This document shows positions 7,562 through 18,296 of a stretch of 64,000 nucleotides of DNA, one piece after another. Origin of the DNA: Chitinophagales bacterium (GTDB lineage Bacteria > Bacteroidota > Bacteroidia > Chitinophagales > JADIYW01); assembly GCA_046329785.1 (NCBI GenBank), contig JAXLTZ010000016.1, positions 599 through 64,598 of the forward strand, read 5' to 3'. The position numbers and the translations under genes were made by a program. Position 1 is the first letter of the stretch. Each line of letters opens with the position of its first letter. Under the pieces are notes generated by a model, which saw only the letters and a list, made by a program, of their open reading frames with translations, searched no databases and was not told the DNA's origin.

Positions 7562-10500
7562 AGACATGCAGCTTGACGATGGTTTTGAAGATGTTACAGA
7601 TGTAGCATTAGATAGCGGCTTTGAAGAAGTAGAAGTAAAAAAAAAAGATACTACTCAATCATCTGGTCAGCAATCAAGCACTACTACAAAAAATACTTCC
7701 CAATCCAACTTAAACTTAGGATTACAATTACCTACGGTTACACCAAATCCGAATAATATTGCATTGCCAGGTTTAGGTCAGCCATTCAAAAAACCAATTT
7801 CTATCAAATCAACGGCAGATGAGCAAAAACTGATAAATGCTAAACAAAAGCCGGTAATTTTTGAAGATTACAATACCATTATTAAACAGGGCGTTCAAGG
7901 TCAAAATAAATTTGACAATACTACACAGCCATTAACCAAAACTGTCACTGAACAGCAGGCAAAAAAAGATGTACAGCAGTTGCAGCAAAGACAGCAAACT
8001 GTCAAAGAAGCAAAAAAAGACAAGCACCAAAATATATTAGCGGTGATTCCTGAGTTGGCAGATGCAAAAAATACCGATGAAGCGATAAATACCATACTAA
8101 AGTCGGACCAGCGCAACAGTATAGATATGTGGCAGCAGTTCGATGATGAAACATTGCTTAATAATAATGAAACTGAATTAAATGACTTTTTAGTAAACAA
8201 AGGTCTTAAAAATCAGGAGCGCGAAACATATCTAAAAGAGCAGGCAGCATCGAATCCGAAATACGAATATGATTATCAGTATAATCAAATCGGATCATTA
8301 TACAAAGCGGTCAAACAACGCGCCGATGATTATGATATGGTGTTGCAACAGAAGTTCGGCGGCGACTATATGGATATTGCTAAACAAAATGATCCGCAGA
8401 TATTACAAGACGAAGATTTTAACAAATATGTCGCACTCCGCGAAAAACAAAATCAGCTTTCCATTAAAGCGAATGGACTGATCAATGATGATAAATTCAA
8501 AGAAGTAAAAAAATACCGCGATGACGCGCAGGCGGCTCAGGATAAAATCGATCAAAAAGCCAAAGATGATAAGTGGTATAAATTTGGTGATGAGTTAAGT
8601 TATGTTGACAGCAAACTTGCATACGCGCGCGGACACTTGGTGAAAATGATTGCAGAATTACCGGCGCTCGCAACAAGTATTGATAAAGGATATGATTGGA
8701 CTGATAAATTAGCAGACTGGGGAAATCGGTATTCTGATATGCTGATTGACAGCACTCCAACTTCTACCGATTTAAAAACAGGCGTATTCAATAAAATTGC
8801 CGATGTAGATGGCTACAAAGTATTTTTAGATGATAATGGTGACGCAACTGACGTGCGCGATAAAAATAATTTTAAGGTATCAGCAGCAATTTCGCAGCCG
8901 ATATTGGAAAAATACAGCGAAAATCCTGAAAATTATAAAGTAATAAAAGACAGAAATTTTTGGGCAGCGGCTGATAACGGACTGAATACTGTTATCGATA
9001 TGGGCGAAATGATACTCGGAACTAAAGGTGCAGGTTACATTGGCGCTGGTGAAAAAGCGCAGAAGCTGGCATCAATGGGAATTGCGTATCAACAAACTAA
9101 ACGCGATGTTTTCAATGATGCTATCAAAAAAGGATTAGATCCGCGTAATGCTGATTTGCTATCGAATATTATTGGTGTAACAGCAGGAGCCTCATCTGCA
9201 TTAAATCCACTGGAATACAATATCGCGAGCGGTAAAGGATTATTCAATTTTCTGAAAACAGAAGGATTGGACGCAGGCAAGTTGGCGTTGATTAAAGAAG
9301 GGAAATTAACTGTAAAAGATTACGCCAAAGAATTTGTGAAAGGCGCTATTAAAAATTCGATTGGTGAAAATATTGAAGAACTTGGTATAGAAAACACCAC
9401 TCAGGCAGTGGCAAATAATGTCTTCAATAATGCTATCAACGAAACGGATAAAGTAGATGGTGGATTGGATGATAAACTGCATATACTCGATAAGCAAGGA
9501 TTGGAAACCGCGCTGATCACAGCAGGTGCAGCTTTTTTAATGACACCTGTTGAAATAAGAAGTCAAACACAACTCAATCAGCAGGAAGCGCTAAAAATGG
9601 CAATTGAAAATCCGGAAGACTTTGCGCGTATCAAACAACTGCAATTAGAACGTGGTCATATTACTCAGGAACAATTAGATGCAGAAACCAAAATTTACGA
9701 TGAAGTTTCAAAATCGTACAATGCGGTAAAAGGCGATATTGATGAAAAGCTGCAACCGCAATTGTTGGCGCTATTGGCTAAAAAATATAATCTGCAAAAT
9801 AAGGTGAACGAAATCAGTGATGACGCACTATCGAAACCTTACAAAGAACAAATCAAAGCGATAAATGCAGGTATTGAATCTATTGCAGGCGGACAGGCGG
9901 CAGATGCAAATATTGCTTACGCAGCAGATACCAATATTGCTTACAATGAAAGTATAGATGAAATTAAGAGAAATAAAGAGTTAGACAATAAAGAAATCGA
10001 TGATAAAATTGCAAATATTGATAAAAATATTCCTCAATGGCAACAAGATCAACAAAAAGAAAAATTAGAAAAACAACGTACTGAGCAAAATGATTATTAC
10101 GAAAGTAAAATAAAATTATTAGGTCAGGCAACCGCAGCGGAAAGCGCCTCTACAATTGCAAAAGTGGAAACTGATATTGCCAATAAAATCAGCAGAGGTG
10201 AAGATTTGTCGGCAGAAGAAACCGACTATTACAATGCCAAAAAAGAAGATATTGATAAATTAGTTTCAAGTGAAACATATAAATCATCAACTGATAATGA
10301 AAAATCATCAATTGAAAATGCTATTACAGGGCAAGTCGAAGATAACAGCATCGGAGTTCAACGAAATCAATCAAACGGTGGAGCAGTGGAACAACGAAAT
10401 GCAACCGAAAATGTTAAAGAAAATACGCAAGAGTCACAGCAACAAAAAGGACAACCGCAATTAGATTTACAAAAAGAAATTGACGATAAAAAACAGATAA

Positions 10501-13500
10501 TTTCTGAATTGGAAGCAAATCCGAATAGTCCATTTCATAAATTGGTGGATTTAGACCAGGTTAAAAAAGAAGTTGCGGATCTTGAAGGTAAATTATCATC
10601 CTCTCTGTCTCAGCAAAATGATAAATTAGAAAGTCCAGTTGGCGCACAAACGAGCACCGAAGTCAACAACAAAGTTGATGAATCAAACACACAAACAGAA
10701 ACTTCTACTATAGAAGATAAATCTAAAGATGTTTTATCTGAAAAAGAAAAGCAGGATATTGTAAAATCTTTAGATAAGAATGAAATCAAACAGTTCCTTA
10801 AGTTAAAAACACCACAGGAAAGAACTCAGTTTTTAACTGATAAAAAAAATAGTGAGTATTCAAAAAAATACGATGCTAGTGAAAGCGAAGCTGAAGCACT
10901 TACTAGAATTACAACTGGCATTAAAGACTTGCCTGCTTCAGAACAACAAGCAGAAATTAAAAAGCGCGCGAACGATCATGCTGCTGAATACCAAAAATAT
11001 TTAGATAAAAATCCTATTTCAGAAGAAACGAAAAAATTACCTCGTGTTGCAAAGTTTGCTCAGCAAACAGCAAAGGCGATGCGTAACATTATAGATAATC
11101 CGGAAAAATGGCAATCTAAAACAGGCAAATCGTTTGAGAATGGAAGCAGAATTGATGAAAACGGCGATGTTATTCCGGAACAGATGTACATTGACCTAAA
11201 AGAAAAAGTGAAGTCTTTGCGCAAGCAAAATAAACTTGAAGAAATTGCAAAGATCAATGAAGCGCCTAGGCAATATTATGCAGACAATATTAAAATAAAT
11301 TCACAAAAAAATACTAAATTAGATAACAATGAGCAGTCAGGAAAAACAACAACAGAAAAACAACCCCCCAAAAACACCGAAAGAGAAAGCGTTGTTCAAC
11401 AAGATAATTCAAGCGGTAAAAACGAAGTAAGCAATGGAATACAGGAAAGCAGATCGGATGCTAATAAATTCAAATCAATACCAAAAGAAAGTTTTGATAA
11501 ATTAATAAATACTCTATCAAAAGCATTTCCAAATATTAAGATTTTCAGTGATGAAAAATTATTGGCTGAGAAACTTAAAAAATATAACAGCAGCGTTGAT
11601 CTTAAAACACCAAATGGTACTATTTATGGTGCTAAATTTCCAGATGGAACGATTTATATTAATACTGAAAATCTAAATGCCAATACACCAATACATGAAT
11701 TCGGTCACGTATGGGAAAAAGCATTCCCGGAAGATTTCGAGCGCGGTAAATTAATGCTTAGAAATTCAGAGCAGGGCAGAAAATTAATCGAAGAAACAAG
11801 ATTGAATCCAGCATATAAAGGATATTCACAATCGCAAATAGAATCAGAAGCACTAGTTGCTGCAATTGGAAATAAAGGTGAACAAATATTTAATTCTAAT
11901 CCGAAATTATTAGAGAAGTTCCAAACATGGCTAAATGATTTATTTGCAAAAATCTCAGACAGAATTGGTAAAATAACAGGAATAAAATCATTAGAATTTT
12001 CACCAGATACTACATTTGAAAACTTCACCAAACAGGTTGCTGGTCAATTATTGAGTGGTAAACAATTGGATGCATCTGTAAAAAATAGCGATAAAACCGA
12101 ATTACAATTTTCGCCTGATGAACTTAAATCACAGGTTGATGCATTGCGAAAAGAAGATTTCACAGACAACGAGATTCGTGATTATTTGTTAGAAGCAGGC
12201 AATACCAATGAACAAATTGATCAGGTATTGGGCAAGGAAGTATTTGGTATTAAAAAAGCAACAGTTCCACAGGATGTTATAGATGAGATTAGCATCGACA
12301 AAAAATCACACAAACAAATCTATGAAGCCGGAAAAGATAATGTTCAAAGCGGTGCGGTGGATCCAAGACAATTAGTTCAGGATGTTTTAAGCGGTGATAC
12401 ACTTGTCCTTGACGCGAACCAGGTTGCCGCACTCATCTATTACAGGGCACAGATCGATAATAAATTAAAAGCATCTACCGAAAAATTAAAAAACGAAGAT
12501 GGTGATTATTATCAGTTAAAAGCAAATCACGATGTATTATTACAAGAATTAGCCGATTATCACGAAATGGCAGTTCGTACAGCATACAATCAATCTGTTG
12601 CTTTTAGCATGAGAAAAATGCTAATTGATAATGAGTATAATGCACAAGCGCAGATTGCCAAATATAAAGCAGTAAACAATGGCAATATTTCTGTTGAAAA
12701 AGAACAAGAGTTTATCAAACTAGCAGATGATTATAAAGCTGCAGCCGATAAGATTGCAGAATTAGAAAATAAACTTTCTGAATACGAAGCGCAGCAAGCA
12801 CTCAATATAATTATTGAAGATAAAAAGAAAATATCGCCAGCAAGAACTCAGCGAAAACAAAAAGCAAAAAATCTTATAGCTGAAGGATTGGATGAACTTG
12901 CGGAAGCGTTAGGTACAAGATTAATGGCGGAAGGAAATGAAAGACCGAAACTTACAAAAGCATTAACAAAAATTGGTAAAGGCTTGATTGAAACCGGAGT
13001 AGCTTCAATTGAAGATGTTTATGATAAGATAATAGAAAAAGTTAAGGAAAAATTCGGTGATAAGGTTAATGTAGAAATCTATAAAAACGATGTAATTGCA
13101 GACCTGAAAAATATCTATACTAAAGCAACGGTAAAAAATGACGAACTGAATATTTCAAATGTTTTAATTAAAAATTTGGTTCAGAATGGCTACAATACAG
13201 TAGAGTCTTTAACTAAAAAATTAAAAGAAATAATATCTGAAACAACGCAGGATGTAACTGACAGACAGATACATGATGCAATTACAAAATATGGTAAAAC
13301 TACCAACCAATCAAAAGAAGAAATTGATCAGCAGATCACAAAGTTGAAACGAATAATGCTACTCACTTCTAAGATAGAAGATGCGCGCAATAAAAACAGA
13401 CCAAAGAAAACCGGTTTTATTCGCGATGAAGCATCGCCTGAAGAACGTGAAATGCAAAAGCAGCTAAATGAATTATTGAAAGATATTCCTCTTGACAGTG

Positions 13501-15425
13501 TAGATACTGAAAAGTTATTCAAAACCGCGCTGGAAAAAGTAAAAAAACGTTTACAAAACCAGATTGAAGACTTGGAACAACAAATCAAAACCGGCAAAAA
13601 AGAAGCACAGAAAAAAGGTATTGAGTATGATGAAGAAGCTAATAATCTTGTTAAGCGCCGAGATGAGTTAAAGAAAAAGCTGGAAGAAATATACGGTGCA
13701 ACAGGTACCTCTTATGAGCAAAGAGTGAAAACTGCGCTTCGCACGGTTAAAGCTGCCATTAGTGAATATGAGCGCCGAATACAGGAAAGCGATTTCAAAC
13801 GAAAAGAACAAAACAAATTAACGCCAACATCTGAATTGCAGCAAGAAAAAGACGCATTAAAAAAACTGAAAGACCAATATTTAGAAATGCGTAAGGATTC
13901 TGATGAAGCAGAGAATGAGCGCATCGATAGATTTAAAAAATCACTAAACAGAACAATTGAGCAATACAAGCGCAGAATTCGCGAAAAAGATTTCGCACCA
14001 AAAACAAGGAAAGAAAATCCTTATGACGAAGAAATTGGAAAGCTAAAACAAGAGCAGGCAAAAATTAAATTCCAATTTGAGAAAGAACAGGAATTAAACA
14101 AACTTGAAAACAGATCAACGTCTGAAAAAATCAAAGATGTTATTCTTGGCATTTTAAATATTCCTAGAATATTAAAAACCACTATTGACTTATCTGCACC
14201 ATTCAGGCAGGGCATTCGCTTAATGGCTGGACATCCTATTGAGTTCACTAGAGCATTTTTCAAGATGCACAAACTTGCTTTTAGCAAGAATGCTTATGAT
14301 AAATTCATAGCAGATTTTATTTCGTCAGATGCGTATAATGTAATTAAGGCATCTGGCTTGTCAATTACGGATGCAACAGGCGCACAAAAAGCGCGTGAAG
14401 AACAGTTCTGGAATAACATTATCAGTAATACACTCGAAAATAAAACGCTCAATAAATTCACTTTGGGAATACCAAAATTCCTGGATAATTATACATTCAA
14501 GGCATCTGAAAGAGGTTATTCTGGTTTCATCGATATGATGCGCATCAATGTATTTTTAGATGCGATGAAAGTAATGGAAAGGCAAGGCATTACTTTTGAA
14601 AATAATAAACAGGCATATAAAGAATTAGCTGCTTATGTAAATGCTGCAACCGGCAGAGGTGATACCGGTAGAATGGGACAAAGGACAATGGAAGTTTTAA
14701 ATTCTGTTTTCTTTTCTCCGAAGTTTATAAAATCAATGTATGATTATGTACGATCAGTCGCTAAGGCTACAACAGGTATTGGCTCAGAATTGCCAGCGCC
14801 GGTTAGAAAAATGATAGTAAAAGATTTTGTTGCATTTGTAGGAACAACCACACTATTAACGGCATTGGCACAAGCAGCGGTTAAAGGATTAGGTGATGAT
14901 GAAAAAGATTTGGAAACTGATGGCAGAAGCAGTGATTTTATGAAAATTGTTGCTGGCAAAACCAGATATGAGTTTTGGAGTGGCTACCAGCCAATGGTAA
15001 GAACTATTTGGCAATACATAACAGGTGAATCTAAGTCCATTAATAGTGGCGAAATCAAAAAAGTAGATGGAAGTATATTTGGCGGACGAGACAGAAATGA
15101 TCTGATTGTTGATTTTTTCGGCAATAAACTATCTCCAAATGCCAGCTTCATCTATAAATTCAATAAAGGAAAAGATGGTGCAGGAAATGAATTTGATGCA
15201 GGCAAAGAATTAAAAGATATGTTTATACCGATGTCGATCAATTTGTTTGCAGAAGAAATTGGCAACGATGAAAAACTATCAAAAATAGTAATAGATAATT
15301 TTTTGAACTTTTATGGTGTAAGTGTTCAGAATTTCTATAACGATATAAAGAAAGATAATACAAGTTCCGGAAACAATAAAAGCGAAGAAAAGCCTGAATC
15401 AAAGAAAAATCGCAACAAGCGGTAA
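7548..15425 (+). CDS. Giant (2625 aa) multidomain virion/ejection-type protein with a zincin HExxH motif
   Basis: Uninterrupted 7.9-kb ORF. HEFGH lies at nt 11694-11708 (residue 1383) in the context NTENLNANTPIHEFGHVWEKAFPEDFERGK. Long K/E/Q coiled-coil stretches are followed by a C-terminal hydrophobic segment (FVAFVGTTTLLTALAQAAV). Confidence 0.75.
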   Translation: MANDRDMQLDDGFEDVTDVALDSGFEEVEVKKKDTTQSSGQQSSTTTKNTSQSNLNLGLQLPTVTPNPNNIALPGLGQPFKKPISIKSTADEQKLINAKQKPVIFEDYNTIIKQGVQGQNKFDNTTQPLTKTVTEQQAKKDVQQLQQRQQTVKEAKKDKHQNILAVIPELADAKNTDEAINTILKSDQRNSIDMWQQFDDETLLNNNETELNDFLVNKGLKNQERETYLKEQAASNPKYEYDYQYNQIGSLYKAVKQRADDYDMVLQQKFGGDYMDIAKQNDPQILQDEDFNKYVALREKQNQLSIKANGLINDDKFKEVKKYRDDAQAAQDKIDQKAKDDKWYKFGDELSYVDSKLAYARGHLVKMIAELPALATSIDKGYDWTDKLADWGNRYSDMLIDSTPTSTDLKTGVFNKIADVDGYKVFLDDNGDATDVRDKNNFKVSAAISQPILEKYSENPENYKVIKDRNFWAAADNGLNTVIDMGEMILGTKGAGYIGAGEKAQKLASMGIAYQQTKRDVFNDAIKKGLDPRNADLLSNIIGVTAGASSALNPLEYNIASGKGLFNFLKTEGLDAGKLALIKEGKLTVKDYAKEFVKGAIKNSIGENIEELGIENTTQAVANNVFNNAINETDKVDGGLDDKLHILDKQGLETALITAGAAFLMTPVEIRSQTQLNQQEALKMAIENPEDFARIKQLQLERGHITQEQLDAETKIYDEVSKSYNAVKGDIDEKLQPQLLALLAKKYNLQNKVNEISDDALSKPYKEQIKAINAGIESIAGGQAADANIAYAADTNIAYNESIDEIKRNKELDNKEIDDKIANIDKNIPQWQQDQQKEKLEKQRTEQNDYYESKIKLLGQATAAESASTIAKVETDIANKISRGEDLSAEETDYYNAKKEDIDKLVSSETYKSSTDNEKSSIENAITGQVEDNSIGVQRNQSNGGAVEQRNATENVKENTQESQQQKGQPQLDLQKEIDDKKQIISELEANPNSPFHKLVDLDQVKKEVADLEGKLSSSLSQQNDKLESPVGAQTSTEVNNKVDESNTQTETSTIEDKSKDVLSEKEKQDIVKSLDKNEIKQFLKLKTPQERTQFLTDKKNSEYSKKYDASESEAEALTRITTGIKDLPASEQQAEIKKRANDHAAEYQKYLDKNPISEETKKLPRVAKFAQQTAKAMRNIIDNPEKWQSKTGKSFENGSRIDENGDVIPEQMYIDLKEKVKSLRKQNKLEEIAKINEAPRQYYADNIKINSQKNTKLDNNEQSGKTTTEKQPPKNTERESVVQQDNSSGKNEVSNGIQESRSDANKFKSIPKESFDKLINTLSKAFPNIKIFSDEKLLAEKLKKYNSSVDLKTPNGTIYGAKFPDGTIYINTENLNANTPIHEFGHVWEKAFPEDFERGKLMLRNSEQGRKLIEETRLNPAYKGYSQSQIESEALVAAIGNKGEQIFNSNPKLLEKFQTWLNDLFAKISDRIGKITGIKSLEFSPDTTFENFTKQVAGQLLSGKQLDASVKNSDKTELQFSPDELKSQVDALRKEDFTDNEIRDYLLEAGNTNEQIDQVLGKEVFGIKKATVPQDVIDEISIDKKSHKQIYEAGKDNVQSGAVDPRQLVQDVLSGDTLVLDANQVAALIYYRAQIDNKLKASTEKLKNEDGDYYQLKANHDVLLQELADYHEMAVRTAYNQSVAFSMRKMLIDNEYNAQAQIAKYKAVNNGNISVEKEQEFIKLADDYKAAADKIAELENKLSEYEAQQALNIIIEDKKKISPARTQRKQKAKNLIAEGLDELAEALGTRLMAEGNERPKLTKALTKIGKGLIETGVASIEDVYDKIIEKVKEKFGDKVNVEIYKNDVIADLKNIYTKATVKNDELNISNVLIKNLVQNGYNTVESLTKKLKEIISETTQDVTDRQIHDAITKYGKTTNQSKEEIDQQITKLKRIMLLTSKIEDARNKNRPKKTGFIRDEASPEEREMQKQLNELLKDIPLDSVDTEKLFKTALEKVKKRLQNQIEDLEQQIKTGKKEAQKKGIEYDEEANNLVKRRDELKKKLEEIYGATGTSYEQRVKTALRTVKAAISEYERRIQESDFKRKEQNKLTPTSELQQEKDALKKLKDQYLEMRKDSDEAENERIDRFKKSLNRTIEQYKRRIREKDFAPKTRKENPYDEEIGKLKQEQAKIKFQFEKEQELNKLENRSTSEKIKDVILGILNIPRILKTTIDLSAPFRQGIRLMAGHPIEFTRAFFKMHKLAFSKNAYDKFIADFISSDAYNVIKASGLSITDATGAQKAREEQFWNNIISNTLENKTLNKFTLGIPKFLDNYTFKASERGYSGFIDMMRINVFLDAMKVMERQGITFENNKQAYKELAAYVNAATGRGDTGRMGQRTMEVLNSVFFSPKFIKSMYDYVRSVAKATTGIGSELPAPVRKMIVKDFVAFVGTTTLLTALAQAAVKGLGDDEKDLETDGRSSDFMKIVAGKTRYEFWSGYQPMVRTIWQYITGESKSINSGEIKKVDGSIFGGRDRNDLIVDFFGNKLSPNASFIYKFNKGKDGAGNEFDAGKELKDMFIPMSINLFAEEIGNDEKLSKIVIDNFLNFYGVSVQNFYNDIKKDNTSSGNNKSEEKPESKKNRNKR

Positions 15426-15431
15426 TAGAAA

Positions 15432-15451
15432 GTGCCGCAATTAAGCGGCAC
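15432..15451 (+). terminator. Hairpin just after the giant gene (weak terminator candidate)
   Basis: GTGCCGC-aattaa-GCGGCAC, a 7-bp stem with no following T-run. Confidence 0.3.
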
Positions 15452-15533
15452 CCAGCAGTAGGTAATCAATTATGAATCAAATTACTTGAATGCAAATATA
15501 GCATACTTTCATCATTATGCAAGTAAAAAAGTA

Positions 15534-15541
15534 TAGATTTG
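15534..15541 (+). promoter_or_regulatory. Bacteroidota-type -7 box (TAGATTTG)
   Basis: Matches TAnnTTTG, 30 nt upstream of the ATG at 15571. Confidence 0.35.
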
Positions 15542-15570
15542 CTATATAAAATAAAGAATTGCTATAATTT

Positions 15571-16119
15571 ATGGCTAAAGTTAAATACGATATAGAAGTA
15601 AAAGGTGACTTCCTGGATAAATATCCAAGACTAAAATCTATTACAAGTGGAATAGATTTTACTAATAATAACATTAAAATCGACAGTTTGGTCAGGTATA
15701 TAGTATTCTACTATAGCGTATGGTCAACATTACACACTGATGTACCGGAATTCACTCAGCGTAAAAAGCACGCACTGTCAAAATTTAAAATTAGTCATTC
15801 TGTATTAAATAGTGAAGAATTCCTGAAAATTGAAGCAAGGCTGGCTTATAACTACATGGTGATTGAGAATGAAGCAGAATTCACCTACTGGATATCCATA
15901 ACTACATTTTTCCATAAAGCATGCTCAAATATCCTGAATGCCGAAGATTTGGATTCTAATGATTTGAAAGAAACAATTAATAGTTCGAAAAATTTGGAAG
16001 ATTTAATGAGCAAGATCACTATTCTAAATAAAAAACTATTCGGTGACATTGAAGGATTTAAAGAAATGATGCAGGAAAAATCAAGCAAAGCTGGCTTTGC
16101 GGAACAATATGCTGAATAA
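15571..16119 (+). CDS. Terminase small subunit candidate (by position only)
   Basis: 182-aa ORF joined to the large-terminase gene by a TAATG overlap. I recognise no motif. Confidence 0.4.
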   Translation: MAKVKYDIEVKGDFLDKYPRLKSITSGIDFTNNNIKIDSLVRYIVFYYSVWSTLHTDVPEFTQRKKHALSKFKISHSVLNSEEFLKIEARLAYNYMVIENEAEFTYWISITTFFHKACSNILNAEDLDSNDLKETINSSKNLEDLMSKITILNKKLFGDIEGFKEMMQEKSSKAGFAEQYAE

Positions 16120-18296
16120 TGCTGTACACAGATAAATATACAGATTACGAAACATTTGCACAGATCGGCGAATATAGGGTAGAATTTCCAAAAATGCCGC
16201 CGAAGAATCAGATCATAAATTATGGTTTGCCTATTGAGAAACAAAAATTCAGACATACACAATACGAAATTAATGGACATAAAATATATGCTTATCAATT
16301 AAAGAAAAGCGTCTGGAATAAATTATCAGCGACACAGCAAAGTGAAATAGCAGCGACTGAATGGCAAAGAAGAAAACATGGTCAGTGGTATTATATTGGC
16401 GGCAAGACAATATATATTCCTGGAAATTTCTACCATTTTTTAAACTATTACACATTTATTGATGGCTCTAAACCTCAATTTTGGGATTCGCAGTGGTTCA
16501 GTTTTCTGTTAAAAGACTGGGCTTTTCATCATCCTTTTATTACTACCAAAATTAAAGTAAAAGGTCGCCGCGGCGGTGGTACCGCTGAAGATATATCCTG
16601 CAATCTAGATTATACTACTCGATATAAAGGTAGTATATCCGGAATGATGAATAAAAATAAAGACGAAGCTAAAAAGATCAATTTCGATCCAATGGTACAC
16701 GTCTTGGTAAATCTACCAGAGTTTTTTCAACCGAAAAGAAGTGGAGAATTAAAACCAAAATCTGAGATTGATTTTACGCCGCCTTCAAAACGCTTAACAC
16801 ATAAAAGTTTTGCAGCAGAGGAAACCGAATACGATAACGAAGACTACCTGAATAGTTATCTGAATTTCATTGCCACAAGTGAAGTAGGATATGATGGTGG
16901 TGGCATGCGTTACATTTCAATAGATGAGATTTTTAAATGGGCCAATGTTTCACCAATTAAAGCCATTGAAATACAATCGCTTTGTATTATGGATGGTGGA
17001 CAGAAGAATGGTGTTAAAGATGAATTCGGTAATATTAAAAAGCATGCTGGATTACTGTCGGCACTTTCATCTGTTGAAGAAATTGACGATGATCAAATAC
17101 AGGAAGTAAAGAAACTTTGGGATGCAACGGATCCAAAAACAGGCACCGAAAACACAATCAGTTCAACAGGTGCAATACGATACTTTGAACCATTTTATTT
17201 TGGTTTAAAAGGATATATGGATGAATTTGGTTTTAGCCAAACCGAACGCGCTATTAAAGAATACAGAGAACGTGAAGCGCAGATCAGAAAAACAAAAGGT
17301 AAAAAAGCAGCACTTGATTTTAGAAGAAAGCATCCTGAAACCATAGAACAGGCAATCACACCGAGTGCTGTTGGAAGCGTCTTCAATATTGAGATATTGA
17401 CGAATGCACGAAATAACTATTACAATAAATTACCGGATGACCTAAAGCCAATTTCTGGAAAATTGGAATGGATAGAAAAATTCAGGTCTGTAAAATGGTC
17501 GCCACTGCCGGAAGCAGAATTATTTGAAGCGCCATTTATATGCAGTTATATACCAAACAGCAATGAAAAAAATTCTATATCATATAATACAGCAGATCAA
17601 AGTTTCAAGCCAAATAATTATGGAAAATTCACGATAGCTGTCGATCCAATCAATCACGATATTGATGAAACTTCGCAAGAGAGTAAATTATCAAATGCAG
17701 CGTTCCGCGTGAAGCGCGAATTAGACCTCACGATTGATGGCGACAAATTTGATGAAAATGACGAGCCAATAAACTTTGGTGAAGGCTTTGAAACCAATAG
17801 AACGGTGATGCACTTTTGTTTCCGACCGGAAATAGCAGAACAATTTTTTGAATATGTAGCTATGGCAGCAATATTTTATGGTGCGCCGGTGCTTATGGCT
17901 GCAACATCGAAGTCTATGAAAAAATATTTCGTAGATAATTTACTGGGTAGTTTTTTAATCGACAGTGATGGCAAGCAGGTTACACCAAAAACACTTCATA
18001 CTGCCGGATGGAAAGAATCCAAAGAAGCAAAAGACCAACAATTTATCGAAACTGATAATTACATCGGAAGGTATGGTTTGGCAGAAAGACATATTGAGTG
18101 CATCGAAGATTTATTAGTGGTGAATAAGGCCAACTTAACACACCACGATTTAAGTGCATGCTATACAATCAGCGAAGTAGCAAGTACGCTTTTCAAAAAG
18201 AAATTCAACAAACCACAAACAGAGAGTGGAACAAAAAAAATACAGATAAGAAGAAAAATTATTAAACCTGGTAAACTCAGAGCGACATGGACTTAA
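16119..18296 (+). CDS. terL: Terminase large subunit
   Basis: Walker A-like KGRRGGGTAE, Walker B-like MRYISIDEIF and a nuclease-domain-like FTIAVDPINHD. The 725-aa size fits, and a portal-sized gene follows. Confidence 0.7.
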   Translation: MLYTDKYTDYETFAQIGEYRVEFPKMPPKNQIINYGLPIEKQKFRHTQYEINGHKIYAYQLKKSVWNKLSATQQSEIAATEWQRRKHGQWYYIGGKTIYIPGNFYHFLNYYTFIDGSKPQFWDSQWFSFLLKDWAFHHPFITTKIKVKGRRGGGTAEDISCNLDYTTRYKGSISGMMNKNKDEAKKINFDPMVHVLVNLPEFFQPKRSGELKPKSEIDFTPPSKRLTHKSFAAEETEYDNEDYLNSYLNFIATSEVGYDGGGMRYISIDEIFKWANVSPIKAIEIQSLCIMDGGQKNGVKDEFGNIKKHAGLLSALSSVEEIDDDQIQEVKKLWDATDPKTGTENTISSTGAIRYFEPFYFGLKGYMDEFGFSQTERAIKEYREREAQIRKTKGKKAALDFRRKHPETIEQAITPSAVGSVFNIEILTNARNNYYNKLPDDLKPISGKLEWIEKFRSVKWSPLPEAELFEAPFICSYIPNSNEKNSISYNTADQSFKPNNYGKFTIAVDPINHDIDETSQESKLSNAAFRVKRELDLTIDGDKFDENDEPINFGEGFETNRTVMHFCFRPEIAEQFFEYVAMAAIFYGAPVLMAATSKSMKKYFVDNLLGSFLIDSDGKQVTPKTLHTAGWKESKEAKDQQFIETDNYIGRYGLAERHIECIEDLLVVNKANLTHHDLSACYTISEVASTLFKKKFNKPQTESGTKKIQIRRKIIKPGKLRATWT

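Noticed and set aside
7901-14959. About a dozen 60-110-aa ORFs listed on the minus strand or in other frames inside the giant gene (for example 7901..8200, 11705..12031, 13328..13597, 14021..14287).
   Set aside because: All are nested in an uninterrupted 7.9-kb ORF. Their Ser/Phe/Cys/Leu-rich low-complexity translations are typical of the mirror frames of K/E/Q-rich coding sequence. They have no independent start context.
7548-15425. Giant protein as a virion RNA polymerase (N4-like or crAss-like).
   Set aside because: I could not find convincing catalytic aspartate motifs (DxDGD / DFDID-type, or T7-like motifs A and C) by eye. The only clear catalytic-looking motif is HExxH. I left it as a polyvalent or ejection-type protein.
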